From the sequence record DRR723986_585: a DNA stretch of 64,000 nucleotides; one strand, written 5' to 3'. A program made the position numbers and the translations under genes. Shown here piece after piece: positions 38,508-48,599 of the stretch. How positions within the stretch are numbered: position 1 is the first letter of the stretch; each line of letters opens with the position of its first letter. The notes below the pieces were generated by a model. It saw nothing but the letters and a program-made list of their open reading frames with translations. It had not been told where the DNA came from and did not search any database.

Positions 38508-40412
38508 TTGGAATCAGCTAAAGACATACTAAAGCAATATTGGGGACACGAATCATTTCGTAAGAAACAAGACAAAATCATAGATGCTGTTTTGAATGGT
38601 CAAGATGTTTTAGCCCTTTTACCTACGGGCGGCGGAAAATCAATCTGTTACCAAGTTCCAGGAATGTTATTACCAGGTACCTGCTTGGTCATTTCGCCAC
38701 TTATTGCCTTAATGCAAGACCAGGTCAACCAATTAAACAAAAAAGGCATTCAAGCTAAGGCGCTAACTTCTACTCTAACGAAAAGACAAGAGGACATATT
38801 ATTGGATAATGTCATTTACGGAGGTATAAAATTCCTTTACGTATCTCCTGAGAGATTAAAAAACAGGTTGTTTCTGACGAGATTCGAAAAAATGAAGATC
38901 AATTTAATTGCAGTTGATGAAGCACATTGTATATCACAATGGGGTTATGATTTTAGGCCTTCATATTTAGAAATAAACAAGCTAAGAGAAATTAAACCAA
39001 ACACCCCAATAATTGCACTCACGGCTACTGCAACCATAGACGTTGTAGACGATATTCAAACGAAACTTGAATTTAAATCGAAAAACCTTATTCAGGATAG
39101 TTTTCTGAGAGAAAACGTTCATTATAAAGTTGAACAGGTAACTAATAAATTCAATAGACTTTTAGAATTACTCAAGAATCAAAAAGGATCTGGAATAATT
39201 TATTGCACTACCAGAAAGGAGGTTAAAAACCTCACAGTATCCTTGATAAAAAAAGGGCTATCTGTTGATTTTTATCACGGCGGTTTAGCCCATGATATTA
39301 GAAAACAACGTCAAGAAGATTGGGTTGCAAACAAAACACAATGGATCGTTTGTACCAACGCATTTGGAATGGGTATTGACAAACCTGACGTGAGAAATGT
39401 AATTCATTACACAATCCCAGAAACCATTGAAGCCTATTTTCAAGAAGCAGGTAGAGCGGGAAGAGATCAGCAACTTGCTAACACCACACTACTTTACGAG
39501 CCGATTGATATTAAAAATCTAAAAGAGAAAATCGATAAAAAATATCCTTCAATTGAGTTCATTAAAACTGTATATCATGCCCTCGGCAACTTTTTTCAAT
39601 TAGCTATCGGTTCTGGAAATGGCGAACAATTTGAAATGGATACGCTTGGTTTTTGTGATCGATTCAACTTTGATTTAATCGAAACATTTAATGCGCTTAA
39701 ATTTCTCGAAATCTGTGGGTTCATTACACTTTCTGAAAACATTAGTAGATCAAGTCAATTGCAGATAATCGTTAGCAACCAAGAACTATACAATCAACAA
39801 GTTAAAAATAAAGATGTTGATAATATCATTCAGTTCATTTGCAGAACACAAATGGGAGTTTTTGAAAATGCAGTGAACGTGAATGAACATAAAATTGCGA
39901 CTCACTTAAACATGAATCTTAAACGAGTTGAAGAAGTATTGAACTTCTTAAATGAATTAAACATTATTGAATACAGTCCTAAACTTAACGGTAGTTATAT
40001 CACTTATCAAACAGAAAGACTTGATTTATCAAACATTTCAATTAACCCGGAACTTTATCACAATCGAAAAAAAATAGCTCAGAAAAAGCTAGACGCAATG
40101 GTCAATTTCTTAGCAAATGAAAGTTGTAGTCAAGCCTATTTATTGAACTACTTTAGTGAAAAATCTGACTATCAATGTGGAACATGTACCTATTGTTTAA
40201 GTCAAGTCAGGCAAACTCAACTAACGGCAAATGAACTCAAAAAACTCTTGAAAAGTCAGTTTCAGTCTGTAGACAGAATAAACATTGAGGAAATAATTGC
40301 TCAAAACAAAACATATTCCAAGGAAAACCTACTAGAAGCTATCAGAGTATTAGCAGACAATGGCTTTATCGCTTTAGACGAACTTGGAAAGTCGGTGATT
40401 AAAAATTTCTAG
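38508..40412 (+). CDS. RecQ-family helicase (no HRDC; long insert before the Zn domain)
   Basis: PTGGGKS, DEAHCISQWGYDFRP, TATA, AFGMGIDKPDVR, QEAGRAGRD, C...CGTCTYC; TTG start. Confidence 0.93.
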   Translation: MESAKDILKQYWGHESFRKKQDKIIDAVLNGQDVLALLPTGGGKSICYQVPGMLLPGTCLVISPLIALMQDQVNQLNKKGIQAKALTSTLTKRQEDILLDNVIYGGIKFLYVSPERLKNRLFLTRFEKMKINLIAVDEAHCISQWGYDFRPSYLEINKLREIKPNTPIIALTATATIDVVDDIQTKLEFKSKNLIQDSFLRENVHYKVEQVTNKFNRLLELLKNQKGSGIIYCTTRKEVKNLTVSLIKKGLSVDFYHGGLAHDIRKQRQEDWVANKTQWIVCTNAFGMGIDKPDVRNVIHYTIPETIEAYFQEAGRAGRDQQLANTTLLYEPIDIKNLKEKIDKKYPSIEFIKTVYHALGNFFQLAIGSGNGEQFEMDTLGFCDRFNFDLIETFNALKFLEICGFITLSENISRSSQLQIIVSNQELYNQQVKNKDVDNIIQFICRTQMGVFENAVNVNEHKIATHLNMNLKRVEEVLNFLNELNIIEYSPKLNGSYITYQTERLDLSNISINPELYHNRKKIAQKKLDAMVNFLANESCSQAYLLNYFSEKSDYQCGTCTYCLSQVRQTQLTANELKKLLKSQFQSVDRINIEEIIAQNKTYSKENLLEAIRVLADNGFIALDELGKSVIKNF

Positions 40413-41869
40413 TTTTTTGAAGGCGTCTCTTCAATCACTTTCACCAAAAATTTCCAAAACTTTTGAACTGATTTTATGTTAACTTTTTCATCTGGTGAAT
40501 GCGGATGTCTGATGGTAGGACCAAAAGATATCATATCACATTGAGGCAAGTGTTTACCTAAAATACCACATTCTAAACCAGCATGACATGCAGCAACCTT
40601 AGGCTCCTCGTTAAACATGCTCACATAATTCGATTTTAACACTTCTAAGATTCTTGAATTAGGATTTGGTTCCCAGCCAGGATAATCTCCTGCTTGCACA
40701 ACACTTGCACCAATATTTTCATAATGTAAACGCAATGCAGTGGCCACATCATCTTTACCTGACTCAACCATTGAGCGCTGCAAACTTTGAGTAATGAACT
40801 CTCCATCTTTTATGATCACTTTTGCTAAAGAAGTTGAAGTTTCAACTAATCCTTCTATTTTATCGCTCATTTTCCAAACACCGTTTGGCGTAGCATATAT
40901 TGCAGCAATGATTTTAGAATTATCAGATTTAGAGAGCATAAGCTGTTTAGCTTCTGTGGATTCGCTCAACTTGAATACTGCGTTAGGCTCCACTGTTGAG
41001 TATTCTGACTGAATCTCCTCTGTCAATTTGCCAAAAGAAGCAACTACTTTAGCTTCATCAGCTGAGTCAAAAGCAATAAATCCTTGACTTTCTCTAGGAA
41101 TGGCATTTCTTAAACTCCCTCCTTCTAACTCTACAATCCGTAGATCTGTTAAAGCATTCAATCCAGCAATTATCCTATTCATTACTAGATTAGCGTTTGC
41201 TCTTCCAGTATTGATATCCATCCCTGAATGACCACCTTTTAAGCCTTTCACAGAAATTGAAAACACTTTATAGTTGTTAGGAATTGACTCAGTTTGATAG
41301 GACATTTTGGTATTTGTATCTATTCCGCCTGCACATCCAACCGAAAACTCATCATCATCCTCTGTATCTAAATTCAATAAGATTTTACCTCCTAATAATG
41401 AACCGTCTAATTCTTTAGCACCAGTCATTCCTGTTTCTTCATCAATAGTAAATAACGCTTCTAGAGCTGGATGTTGAATATCATTTGAAGATAACAAACT
41501 CATAGCTGCTGCAACTCCCATTCCATTATCTGCACCTAAGGTTGTGCCATCTGCCTTTACCCATTCACCGTCTATCATAGACCGAATTCCTTCTTTGTCA
41601 AAATCAAATTGTGTATCCGAATTCTTTTGATGAACCATATCAATGTGACTTTGAAGAATAACCGTTTCTCTATTCTCCATTCCTGGTGATGCCGGTTTTT
41701 TAATGATCACATTACCTATCTTGTCTTCCAACACTTCTAGTCCTAAAGACTTACCAAAATCAATCATGAACTGTCTTATACGCTCTTCCTTTTTAGAAGG
41801 ACGCGGGACTGCGTTCAAATCTTCAAAATGGTTCCAAATAACTTTAGGCTCTAATTCTCTTACGCTCAT
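40409..41869 (-). CDS. pepD: Aminoacyl-histidine dipeptidase (M20C)
   Basis: PRPSKKE, QSHIDMV, TTLGADNG, DEETGM, NLDTED, GGHSG, HAGLECG, HSPDE. Confidence 0.95.
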   Translation of the reverse strand: MSVRELEPKVIWNHFEDLNAVPRPSKKEERIRQFMIDFGKSLGLEVLEDKIGNVIIKKPASPGMENRETVILQSHIDMVHQKNSDTQFDFDKEGIRSMIDGEWVKADGTTLGADNGMGVAAAMSLLSSNDIQHPALEALFTIDEETGMTGAKELDGSLLGGKILLNLDTEDDDEFSVGCAGGIDTNTKMSYQTESIPNNYKVFSISVKGLKGGHSGMDINTGRANANLVMNRIIAGLNALTDLRIVELEGGSLRNAIPRESQGFIAFDSADEAKVVASFGKLTEEIQSEYSTVEPNAVFKLSESTEAKQLMLSKSDNSKIIAAIYATPNGVWKMSDKIEGLVETSTSLAKVIIKDGEFITQSLQRSMVESGKDDVATALRLHYENIGASVVQAGDYPGWEPNPNSRILEVLKSNYVSMFNEEPKVAACHAGLECGILGKHLPQCDMISFGPTIRHPHSPDEKVNIKSVQKFWKFLVKVIEETPSKN

Positions 41870-42162
41870 TTTTTCTGTTTTGACTTAAAAAGTGTCGTGA
41901 ATTTACTGCTTTTACCTTAAAATTCTGAACAAGGAGCCCATATTATTCAAAAATCAATGAAAGAGTAAATAAATTAACGGTCCGTTATTACATCTAGAAT
42001 ATTGGTACAAAGATTATTACCGAATAATCAAAAAGCAACTGTTGTTTCGCCGAGATATTTTTTGTTTAATCAAACAACTTTCTTTCAAAATTTGGCGTCT
42101 TCTTAACATTGTGTTAACTTTAGAAACACTATTATTTAAAATTGATTAATCCAACTCGTTAA

Positions 42163-43335
42163 ATGATTAGTAAGAAAATCTACTCACGCATACTACTGGT
42201 ATTTATACTTGTAATATTCAACAATCAGCTTGTATATAGTCAATATTGTCTGGCAGTTGGACCATCATCTACAGCGGATTCAAACATAGAATTTGTTTCA
42301 ATTTCCGGTGAAAGCGGTAGTTCTATTAATCATAACGGATGTCCGGGAGTAAGTGGTTTAAATGATTTAACCAGTACAGAAAGTGTTGATTTACTGCAAG
42401 GGAATTCTTATTCTCTCACGATACAATTTGGTACTTGTGGTGGTAATTATAGTGGAGCTGGTGAAGCTTGGATAGATTTTAATCAAAATGATGTTTTTGA
42501 TGCGAGCGAATCATTAGGCACATGGTCAGGATTACCTCCTACGGCAGTTTCAGTATTTAATTTTACAGTACCCGGTGCTACACCTGACGGACAGGCTAGA
42601 TTACGAATCATTCAACAAGAAGGGACTACTCTTCCTCTAGATCCTTGCGCCAATTTTACTTGGGGTTCTGCTACAGATTTCTTGGTGAATTTTGGACCAC
42701 CCATTGATTGCTCTGCCTATATAGGAGATGACATGTCTGACCCTCGAATAGTCAGCACCATTCCATATACAGAATCTCACGATAACGACTTTTGTTATTC
42801 TAATGTATCTGAAGTTTATGTTTCACCAGATGTATTCTATCGAATAATTCCTTCGCAATTAGGTATAACTGAATTCAATGTATCTCTTTGCGGATCTTCA
42901 TTTGATACTTATTTAGAAGTTTTAGATACTGACACTAACGTTGTTGCAAATAATGATGATTATGGCCCTTGCGCGCCTCAATCAGAATTAAGTTTTAACT
43001 CAGGCAACCATGACACTCTTTTTATTGTAGTTCAAGGGTGGTCAAATGAACAAGGAAACTATACGATTGAAATTAATAATGGTGAATTCACTAGCGTTAT
43101 CACTGACGAGTTTGAATATCAGTTATTCCCAAATCCTGTAAATGATCTCTTAAGTGTTGCAGGTATTACCGGATATACTGAGATCCAATTCATAAGTTTA
43201 AATGGACAGATTGCATTAACGGATAAGATTGATCAAGATGCTAGTTTAGATTTATCTTATTTAGAAAGTGGAATTTACTTAGTCAGGCTTACCAATAATG
43301 GAAAAGTCTCTCATCAAAAAATTACTGTCTTATGA
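42163..43335 (+). CDS. T9SS cargo with GEVED-like and PPC-like domains
   Basis: AWIDFNQN..FD..E, RLRI, DPC...WGSATDF; SLCGSSFDTYL...NDD; CTD LFPNPV...LESGIYLV. Confidence 0.85.
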   Translation: MISKKIYSRILLVFILVIFNNQLVYSQYCLAVGPSSTADSNIEFVSISGESGSSINHNGCPGVSGLNDLTSTESVDLLQGNSYSLTIQFGTCGGNYSGAGEAWIDFNQNDVFDASESLGTWSGLPPTAVSVFNFTVPGATPDGQARLRIIQQEGTTLPLDPCANFTWGSATDFLVNFGPPIDCSAYIGDDMSDPRIVSTIPYTESHDNDFCYSNVSEVYVSPDVFYRIIPSQLGITEFNVSLCGSSFDTYLEVLDTDTNVVANNDDYGPCAPQSELSFNSGNHDTLFIVVQGWSNEQGNYTIEINNGEFTSVITDEFEYQLFPNPVNDLLSVAGITGYTEIQFISLNGQIALTDKIDQDASLDLSYLESGIYLVRLTNNGKVSHQKITVL

Positions 43336-44558
43336 AGTTAGCCGGATTTTTATCTTTAATAAGTTTACTTTTCATTGCTGATTCTTATGCTGTACAAGTT
43401 TGGAATCAGAAAGCAAACTTTGGTGGAATTGCTCGACACAGAACAACATCATTTACTATCGGTAACAAAGGTTATATGGGCCTTGGTCACTATAACTCTG
43501 GCCCTTCAGGAAATGTACATCTTGAGGATTTCTGGGAATATGACCCAGCTTCGAACACCTGGACTCAAAAAGCTGATTTTGGTGGTGGACCAAGATATCA
43601 TGCCGTTGGAGTTGGTTACGGTTCTAAAGCTTATGTTGGAACTGGAAGATCAATTGGAGGAATATTAAATACAGATTGGTGGGAATTTGATCCCATAGCG
43701 AATACATGGTCGACTAAACCAAGTTTCCCTGGTAACCAATGCAGAGGAGCAGTAGCTTTTCTTTTAGAGGATTTGATTTTTGTAGGAACAGGTCAAACAA
43801 CTTCTGGATTTACAAGCGATTTTTATGCCTACGACATTACGAATGATCAATGGCTGGGTGGAGTATCAACATTTCCAGGTTCACCAAGAACATCAGCAGT
43901 TGCCTTTACTATAGGCGATAAAGCATATGTTGGAACAGGAGGAACGGGTTGTGGAACAACTGACTTTTACGAATATAAATTAAGCAACAACACTTGGGTG
44001 CAACGGGCTAATGTCGGAACCTTAATCAGACAAGAAGCCGTTGGATTTGCTGTAAATGGGAAGGGATATATTGGAACGGGAGATAATTGCTCCAGTGGAA
44101 CAAATTATAAAGACATGTGGGAATATGATCCTGCTACTGATACATGGACAGAAATAGAAGAATTTGGTGGATCGGCTAGACGATACTTGGACGTCTTTGT
44201 AATTGGAAACAAGGCATTTTGTGGACTTGGTACGAGTGGCGTGAATTATGCCGATTTATGGGAGTTTGACCAAACGCTTTCGGTAATTTCTCGAAATAAT
44301 AATTTGCTTGAATTGCAGAACTTCCCTAACCCAGTCGCCCAATATACTACGTTCATTCTTAACGATCTACCAACAGGGGTTGATTATGCTGACTTGAGCT
44401 TAGAAATTTATAATATCACTGGCCAAATGGTTTTCAATTCGATTTTCGATTCAAATGAATTAGTGTTTAATAGAACTAATGAAGCTGCTGGAATGTATTT
44501 CTATTCACTTACCTATGAAGAACAGCATGTGAAAACCGGTAAATTGATCTTAGAATAA
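43332..44558 (+). CDS. Kelch beta-propeller T9SS cargo 1
   Basis: Six Kelch blades (F.IG.KGY.G.G...WEYDP..NTW); CTD FPNPV...GMYFY. Confidence 0.9.
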   Translation: MKLAGFLSLISLLFIADSYAVQVWNQKANFGGIARHRTTSFTIGNKGYMGLGHYNSGPSGNVHLEDFWEYDPASNTWTQKADFGGGPRYHAVGVGYGSKAYVGTGRSIGGILNTDWWEFDPIANTWSTKPSFPGNQCRGAVAFLLEDLIFVGTGQTTSGFTSDFYAYDITNDQWLGGVSTFPGSPRTSAVAFTIGDKAYVGTGGTGCGTTDFYEYKLSNNTWVQRANVGTLIRQEAVGFAVNGKGYIGTGDNCSSGTNYKDMWEYDPATDTWTEIEEFGGSARRYLDVFVIGNKAFCGLGTSGVNYADLWEFDQTLSVISRNNNLLELQNFPNPVAQYTTFILNDLPTGVDYADLSLEIYNITGQMVFNSIFDSNELVFNRTNEAAGMYFYSLTYEEQHVKTGKLILE

Positions 44559-45712
44559 TGAGATTATTATTCTTTTCAATATCTATTCTTTTCGTTTCGT
44601 TTATTGGTCATTCGGCCCATATATGGAATCAAAAAGCATCTATTCCAGCTGAAGGCCGGCATAGAACTACAGGTTTCTCAATTGGGAACAAAGGATATAT
44701 TGGTCTGGGACATTATAATTCAGGTCCCATGGGCAATGTAGCTAAAGCCGATATTTGGGAATATAGCCCTGCGGATGATTCATGGACTCAAAAAGCTGAT
44801 TATGGTGGAGGAGCAACATACGGCGCAACAGCTTTTACAATTGGTAATAGAGCCTACGTTGGTGCCCACGTCTATGGCTCTCAAGAATTTTACGAATTTA
44901 ACCCACAATCTAATACTTGGTCTATAATAGCACCTTGCCCAGGAGGAAGTTCAGATCACCCATCATTTACTGTAAATGACAGAGGCTATTTCATTGGCAC
45001 AAACGCCTTATATGAATATGAACCGACTTTTGACACTTGGATAACTCATGGTTCAACTCCCGTTTCTGTTTGGTCATGGGACAAAGCTTTCAGCGTTGAC
45101 GGGAAAGGTTACTTACTGACAGATAACGGCTTTTTTGAATACAAACCTAGCACGGATAATTGGGCAATGAGAGCTCAATTTCCAGGAGAAGCAGTTGGAG
45201 GTTGGTCATGTTTTGGAATCAACGGAAAAGGATATGTTGCCACAGGATATATCAGCTTCCTTAACCCTACTTCTCGCCAAACTTGGCAATATGACCCTCA
45301 AGTAAATGAATGGCATCAATTAGCTGATCTACCAGGGTCAACCAGAAGATTTTCTGCTTCGTTTAAAATAGGAAACAAAGGCTATCTTGGAACAGGAACC
45401 AATGGAACTAACTTGAAAGATTTTTGGGAATTTGATGAAACTTTAGTCGCTGAGGAAAATTCTCATCAAGTAAATCTAACAGTATTCCCTAACCCAACCG
45501 TTGATGACCTATTTATACAGTTTTCTGATTTTATTTTCACGGATATTATAACAATCGATATTTATAATCAATCTGGTGAAATCGTTTTACAACAAAACCT
45601 TAACCAGGCTAACAATAAAATTGAATTGAAACATCTATCAAAAGGCATTTATTTTTACAATATTTATGCTTCAAATGAAGATTTGAAGCAAGGGAAAATT
45701 ATTTTGAATTAA
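44558..45712 (+). CDS. Kelch beta-propeller T9SS cargo 2
   Basis: Six blades (3 and 4 shortened); CTD VFPNPT...LSKGIYFY. Confidence 0.9.
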   Translation: MRLLFFSISILFVSFIGHSAHIWNQKASIPAEGRHRTTGFSIGNKGYIGLGHYNSGPMGNVAKADIWEYSPADDSWTQKADYGGGATYGATAFTIGNRAYVGAHVYGSQEFYEFNPQSNTWSIIAPCPGGSSDHPSFTVNDRGYFIGTNALYEYEPTFDTWITHGSTPVSVWSWDKAFSVDGKGYLLTDNGFFEYKPSTDNWAMRAQFPGEAVGGWSCFGINGKGYVATGYISFLNPTSRQTWQYDPQVNEWHQLADLPGSTRRFSASFKIGNKGYLGTGTNGTNLKDFWEFDETLVAEENSHQVNLTVFPNPTVDDLFIQFSDFIFTDIITIDIYNQSGEIVLQQNLNQANNKIELKHLSKGIYFYNIYASNEDLKQGKIILN

Positions 45713-45714
45713 TT

Positions 45715-46959
45715 ATGAAAAAAAACTTACTCCTAATTTTTATTCTTAGTTTTTCACTTTTCGAAGCTGCATATGGTCAAAACATGTGGACTGAGAAAGC
45801 TTCTTTTGGAGGCGAAAAACGAACCCGAGCGGTTTCATTTGCAATTGGCGATTACGGATATGTTGGATGCGGTGAAGACACCGTTGAAATGACTCACAAT
45901 GATTTATGGAGATACGATCCTGTTGCAGATGTTTGGTCTCAAATGATGACTTTACCTGGCTCAACTAGAAGAAATGCTACCGGTGTAGCTATTGGCGATA
46001 AAGGCTATATTGGATTAGGTGCGGATTCATCTGTATCTTCAGCAGGTTCAATTTTAGATGACTGGTGGGAATATGACCCAAATACCAACGCTTGGACTCA
46101 AAAAGCCAATTATCCAGGAGGAATTGATGTGAATGGAAGTTCAGGTTTTCAAGGCGTTTATTTCGCTACAGCCTTTGCTATAGATACCAAAGGATATGTT
46201 TGCGGGGGTAAAATGGGATCAGATTTTTACGGAACAGATCTTTGGGAATATAATCCTGGCTCAGATTCATGGACTAGAATGGCTGATTTTCCAGGAGGAG
46301 ATCGATATCAGATGTCAAGTTTTAGTGTAGAAGGAATGGGATACGCTGGAATGGGTATTGACCATGATTTGTTCAGAAAAGATTGGTGGAGATATGATCC
46401 AAACACAGATAGTTGGACACAAACCACCTCACTACCTGGATCTGAGAGAGCAGCTGCTAGTTCTTTCGTATTAGGTCAAAGAGGGTTTATTGTTTTTGGA
46501 TCTGATGGTGGATACAAAGACGAACTTTGGCAATATAATCCATTTACGGAAGCTTGGAATATAAAAGCGAACTTTCCACCTAGCGGAAGAAAAAACGGAA
46601 TTGCTTTCGCTATTGGCGACAAAGGTTACGCCGGAACGGGTTCAGCAGCAACGGGTAAAAAACGAAGCTTTTTCGAGTATGCTCCACTCCATCCAATTGG
46701 ATTTAGCGAAAACTCAACAGCTGACATTAGCGTTTATCCAAACCCAATAGTTGATCAAGCACAAATTATTATTAACGGCACAGATGCGGCATTATCTTAT
46801 GAAATTTGGGATTTGACAGGAAAACTGATCACCAAAGAGTCTCTATTCTCTAATACACTATTTGTCAATCGTAATGACTTCAATTCAGGAACCTACCTGA
46901 TAATAATTAAAGATGCTGACGCCAACACAATTAAAACAGATAAATTGATCTTTATATGA
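45715..46959 (+). CDS. Kelch beta-propeller T9SS cargo 3
   Basis: Six blades; CTD VYPNPI...FNSGTYLI. Confidence 0.9.
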   Translation: MKKNLLLIFILSFSLFEAAYGQNMWTEKASFGGEKRTRAVSFAIGDYGYVGCGEDTVEMTHNDLWRYDPVADVWSQMMTLPGSTRRNATGVAIGDKGYIGLGADSSVSSAGSILDDWWEYDPNTNAWTQKANYPGGIDVNGSSGFQGVYFATAFAIDTKGYVCGGKMGSDFYGTDLWEYNPGSDSWTRMADFPGGDRYQMSSFSVEGMGYAGMGIDHDLFRKDWWRYDPNTDSWTQTTSLPGSERAAASSFVLGQRGFIVFGSDGGYKDELWQYNPFTEAWNIKANFPPSGRKNGIAFAIGDKGYAGTGSAATGKKRSFFEYAPLHPIGFSENSTADISVYPNPIVDQAQIIINGTDAALSYEIWDLTGKLITKESLFSNTLFVNRNDFNSGTYLIIIKDADANTIKTDKLIFI

Positions 46960-48173
46960 GAATAGCATTCATAACTTTATTTCTTGCTACAGGAATTTCA
47001 TCTTTTAGTCAAGATGCTTGGATTCAAAGAGATTCAATTAAAGGACCAACTCGTGCAAACGCTGCTTCTTTCGTGATAGATAATGATGACGGATATATAG
47101 TTTCAGGATATGACGGTTTTGGTAAAAAAAGATCTGCTGTTTCTTATGATGTTGATCAAGATGATTGGGATTCTGAAACTTCATTAGGAGGCGTAACTGG
47201 AGATGGCTTGAACAGAACCTCTGCTATAGGCTTTAATGCTAATAATTATGGTTTCGTAGGCCTTGGAGAAGGTGAAGGATTCGTTTTCCAAGATTTATGG
47301 AAGTATGATAAACAAACTGATGCCTGGACCCAAGTAGCAGATTTTATTGGTCCTGCTCGTACGCAGGCGGTTAGCTTTGCAATTGATGGTTTTGGTTATG
47401 TGGGAACCGGAAAAGGGGCAGATTTATCAACACTTTACAACGATTTTTACAAATATGATGAAGCCTTAAACACATGGACCCAAGTTGCTGACTTTCCTGG
47501 AACAGGAAGAATGGATGCGGTAGGTACAACATGTGGAGCTCAAGGTTATGTTGGTTTCGGATATGATGGCACCAGCTACACGTCTGACTTCTATCAATAT
47601 TTTCCCTTAACAGATACTTGGAATCAAATCGCAAGTTTCCCCGGTACTGCGCGAATCAATGCGGTAGCATTCGGCGTTTTTCCTCAATTATTTATTGCTA
47701 CTGGTGATGATGGGTTTAATTACCTAAATGACACTTGGGAGTATAACGTGTTTGGCAACGTTTGGTCGCAAAAGGCAGATTTTATAGGTGATCCTAGATC
47801 AGGAGCGAGTGCTTTTGTGATTGAAAATCGACCTTTCGTAGGTGGTGGATTCGGATCAGGAGTTTATTATGATGATTTCTATGAATACACCTTTACTTTG
47901 TCAACAGAGGAGCTTTCAATTGTTGATGTAGACATATTTCCAAATCCAACAAGTGATTATTTAACAGTTCGTTTATCAGAAAACCTCAAACATCCAAGTT
48001 TCAGATTGTTCTCTAGTGATGGAAAAGAAGTTATAATAGAATCGAATTTGCAAAATTCTTATCAAGATATTACGCTAAATTTGTCCGACATTAAATCTGG
48101 AATTTATTATTTAGCAATTTATGAAGACGGACAACTTGTTCAAAACAAATCAGTTTCGGTACTTTCTAATTAG
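46956..48173 (+). CDS. Kelch beta-propeller T9SS cargo 4
   Basis: Six blades; CTD IFPNPT...IKSGIYYL. Confidence 0.9.
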   Translation: MRIAFITLFLATGISSFSQDAWIQRDSIKGPTRANAASFVIDNDDGYIVSGYDGFGKKRSAVSYDVDQDDWDSETSLGGVTGDGLNRTSAIGFNANNYGFVGLGEGEGFVFQDLWKYDKQTDAWTQVADFIGPARTQAVSFAIDGFGYVGTGKGADLSTLYNDFYKYDEALNTWTQVADFPGTGRMDAVGTTCGAQGYVGFGYDGTSYTSDFYQYFPLTDTWNQIASFPGTARINAVAFGVFPQLFIATGDDGFNYLNDTWEYNVFGNVWSQKADFIGDPRSGASAFVIENRPFVGGGFGSGVYYDDFYEYTFTLSTEELSIVDVDIFPNPTSDYLTVRLSENLKHPSFRLFSSDGKEVIIESNLQNSYQDITLNLSDIKSGIYYLAIYEDGQLVQNKSVSVLSN

Positions 48174-48564
48174 TGCAGTGATTGCTGCGTTGATCTTGAG
48201 TTGTGACTCAAACTCTGCAGAAAATGAAAAATCTGAAACCTCTTCAATCGTAGACACTTCTGTAGAAGTTGATACGAGTAAATCTGAATTAGAATCTGAC
48301 TATCTTGAGAACGAAAACTATTCTTATCAAACGATATTGAATGATTCTATTGGATGGGGCTACCAAATTTTAAAAGGTAATAAAGTCTATATCAATCAGC
48401 CTCATATCCCAGCCATTTCAGGAAACAATGGATTTAAATCTGAAGAAGATGCAGCAAAAACGGCAGCATTCGCAGTATACAAAATCGAAAATGGAATCGT
48501 GCCTCCTACCCTTTCGAAATCAGAACTTGATAGTTTAGGGGTAATAGATATAAAAGAAGAATAA
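48121..48564 (+). CDS. DUF4907-like lipoprotein
   Basis: Lipobox ILSC; GWGYQI......INQPHIPAISGN.GF.SEEDA.K.A......I..G..PPTLS..EL. Confidence 0.82.
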   Translation: MKTDNLFKTNQFRYFLISAVIAALILSCDSNSAENEKSETSSIVDTSVEVDTSKSELESDYLENENYSYQTILNDSIGWGYQILKGNKVYINQPHIPAISGNNGFKSEEDAAKTAAFAVYKIENGIVPPTLSKSELDSLGVIDIKEE

Positions 48565-48599
48565 GATTAGATATCTTTGTAAAAGTTTATTCGATTTAA

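Noticed and set aside
41870-42162. Riboswitch or sRNA in the 293-nt divergent intergenic region (also 62512-62702)
   Set aside because: No recognisable aptamer or stable stems; the content is compatible with promoter DNA
43332-48173. CRISPR array or diversity-generating retroelement behind the repeated DNA
   Set aside because: The repeats are degenerate, in-frame Kelch blades; no spacers, cas genes, reverse transcriptase or adenine-specific template/variable pair seen
43332-48173. Galactose oxidase annotation for the Kelch proteins
   Set aside because: Only six blades plus a CTD; the additional C-terminal domain that supplies a copper ligand in galactose oxidase is absent
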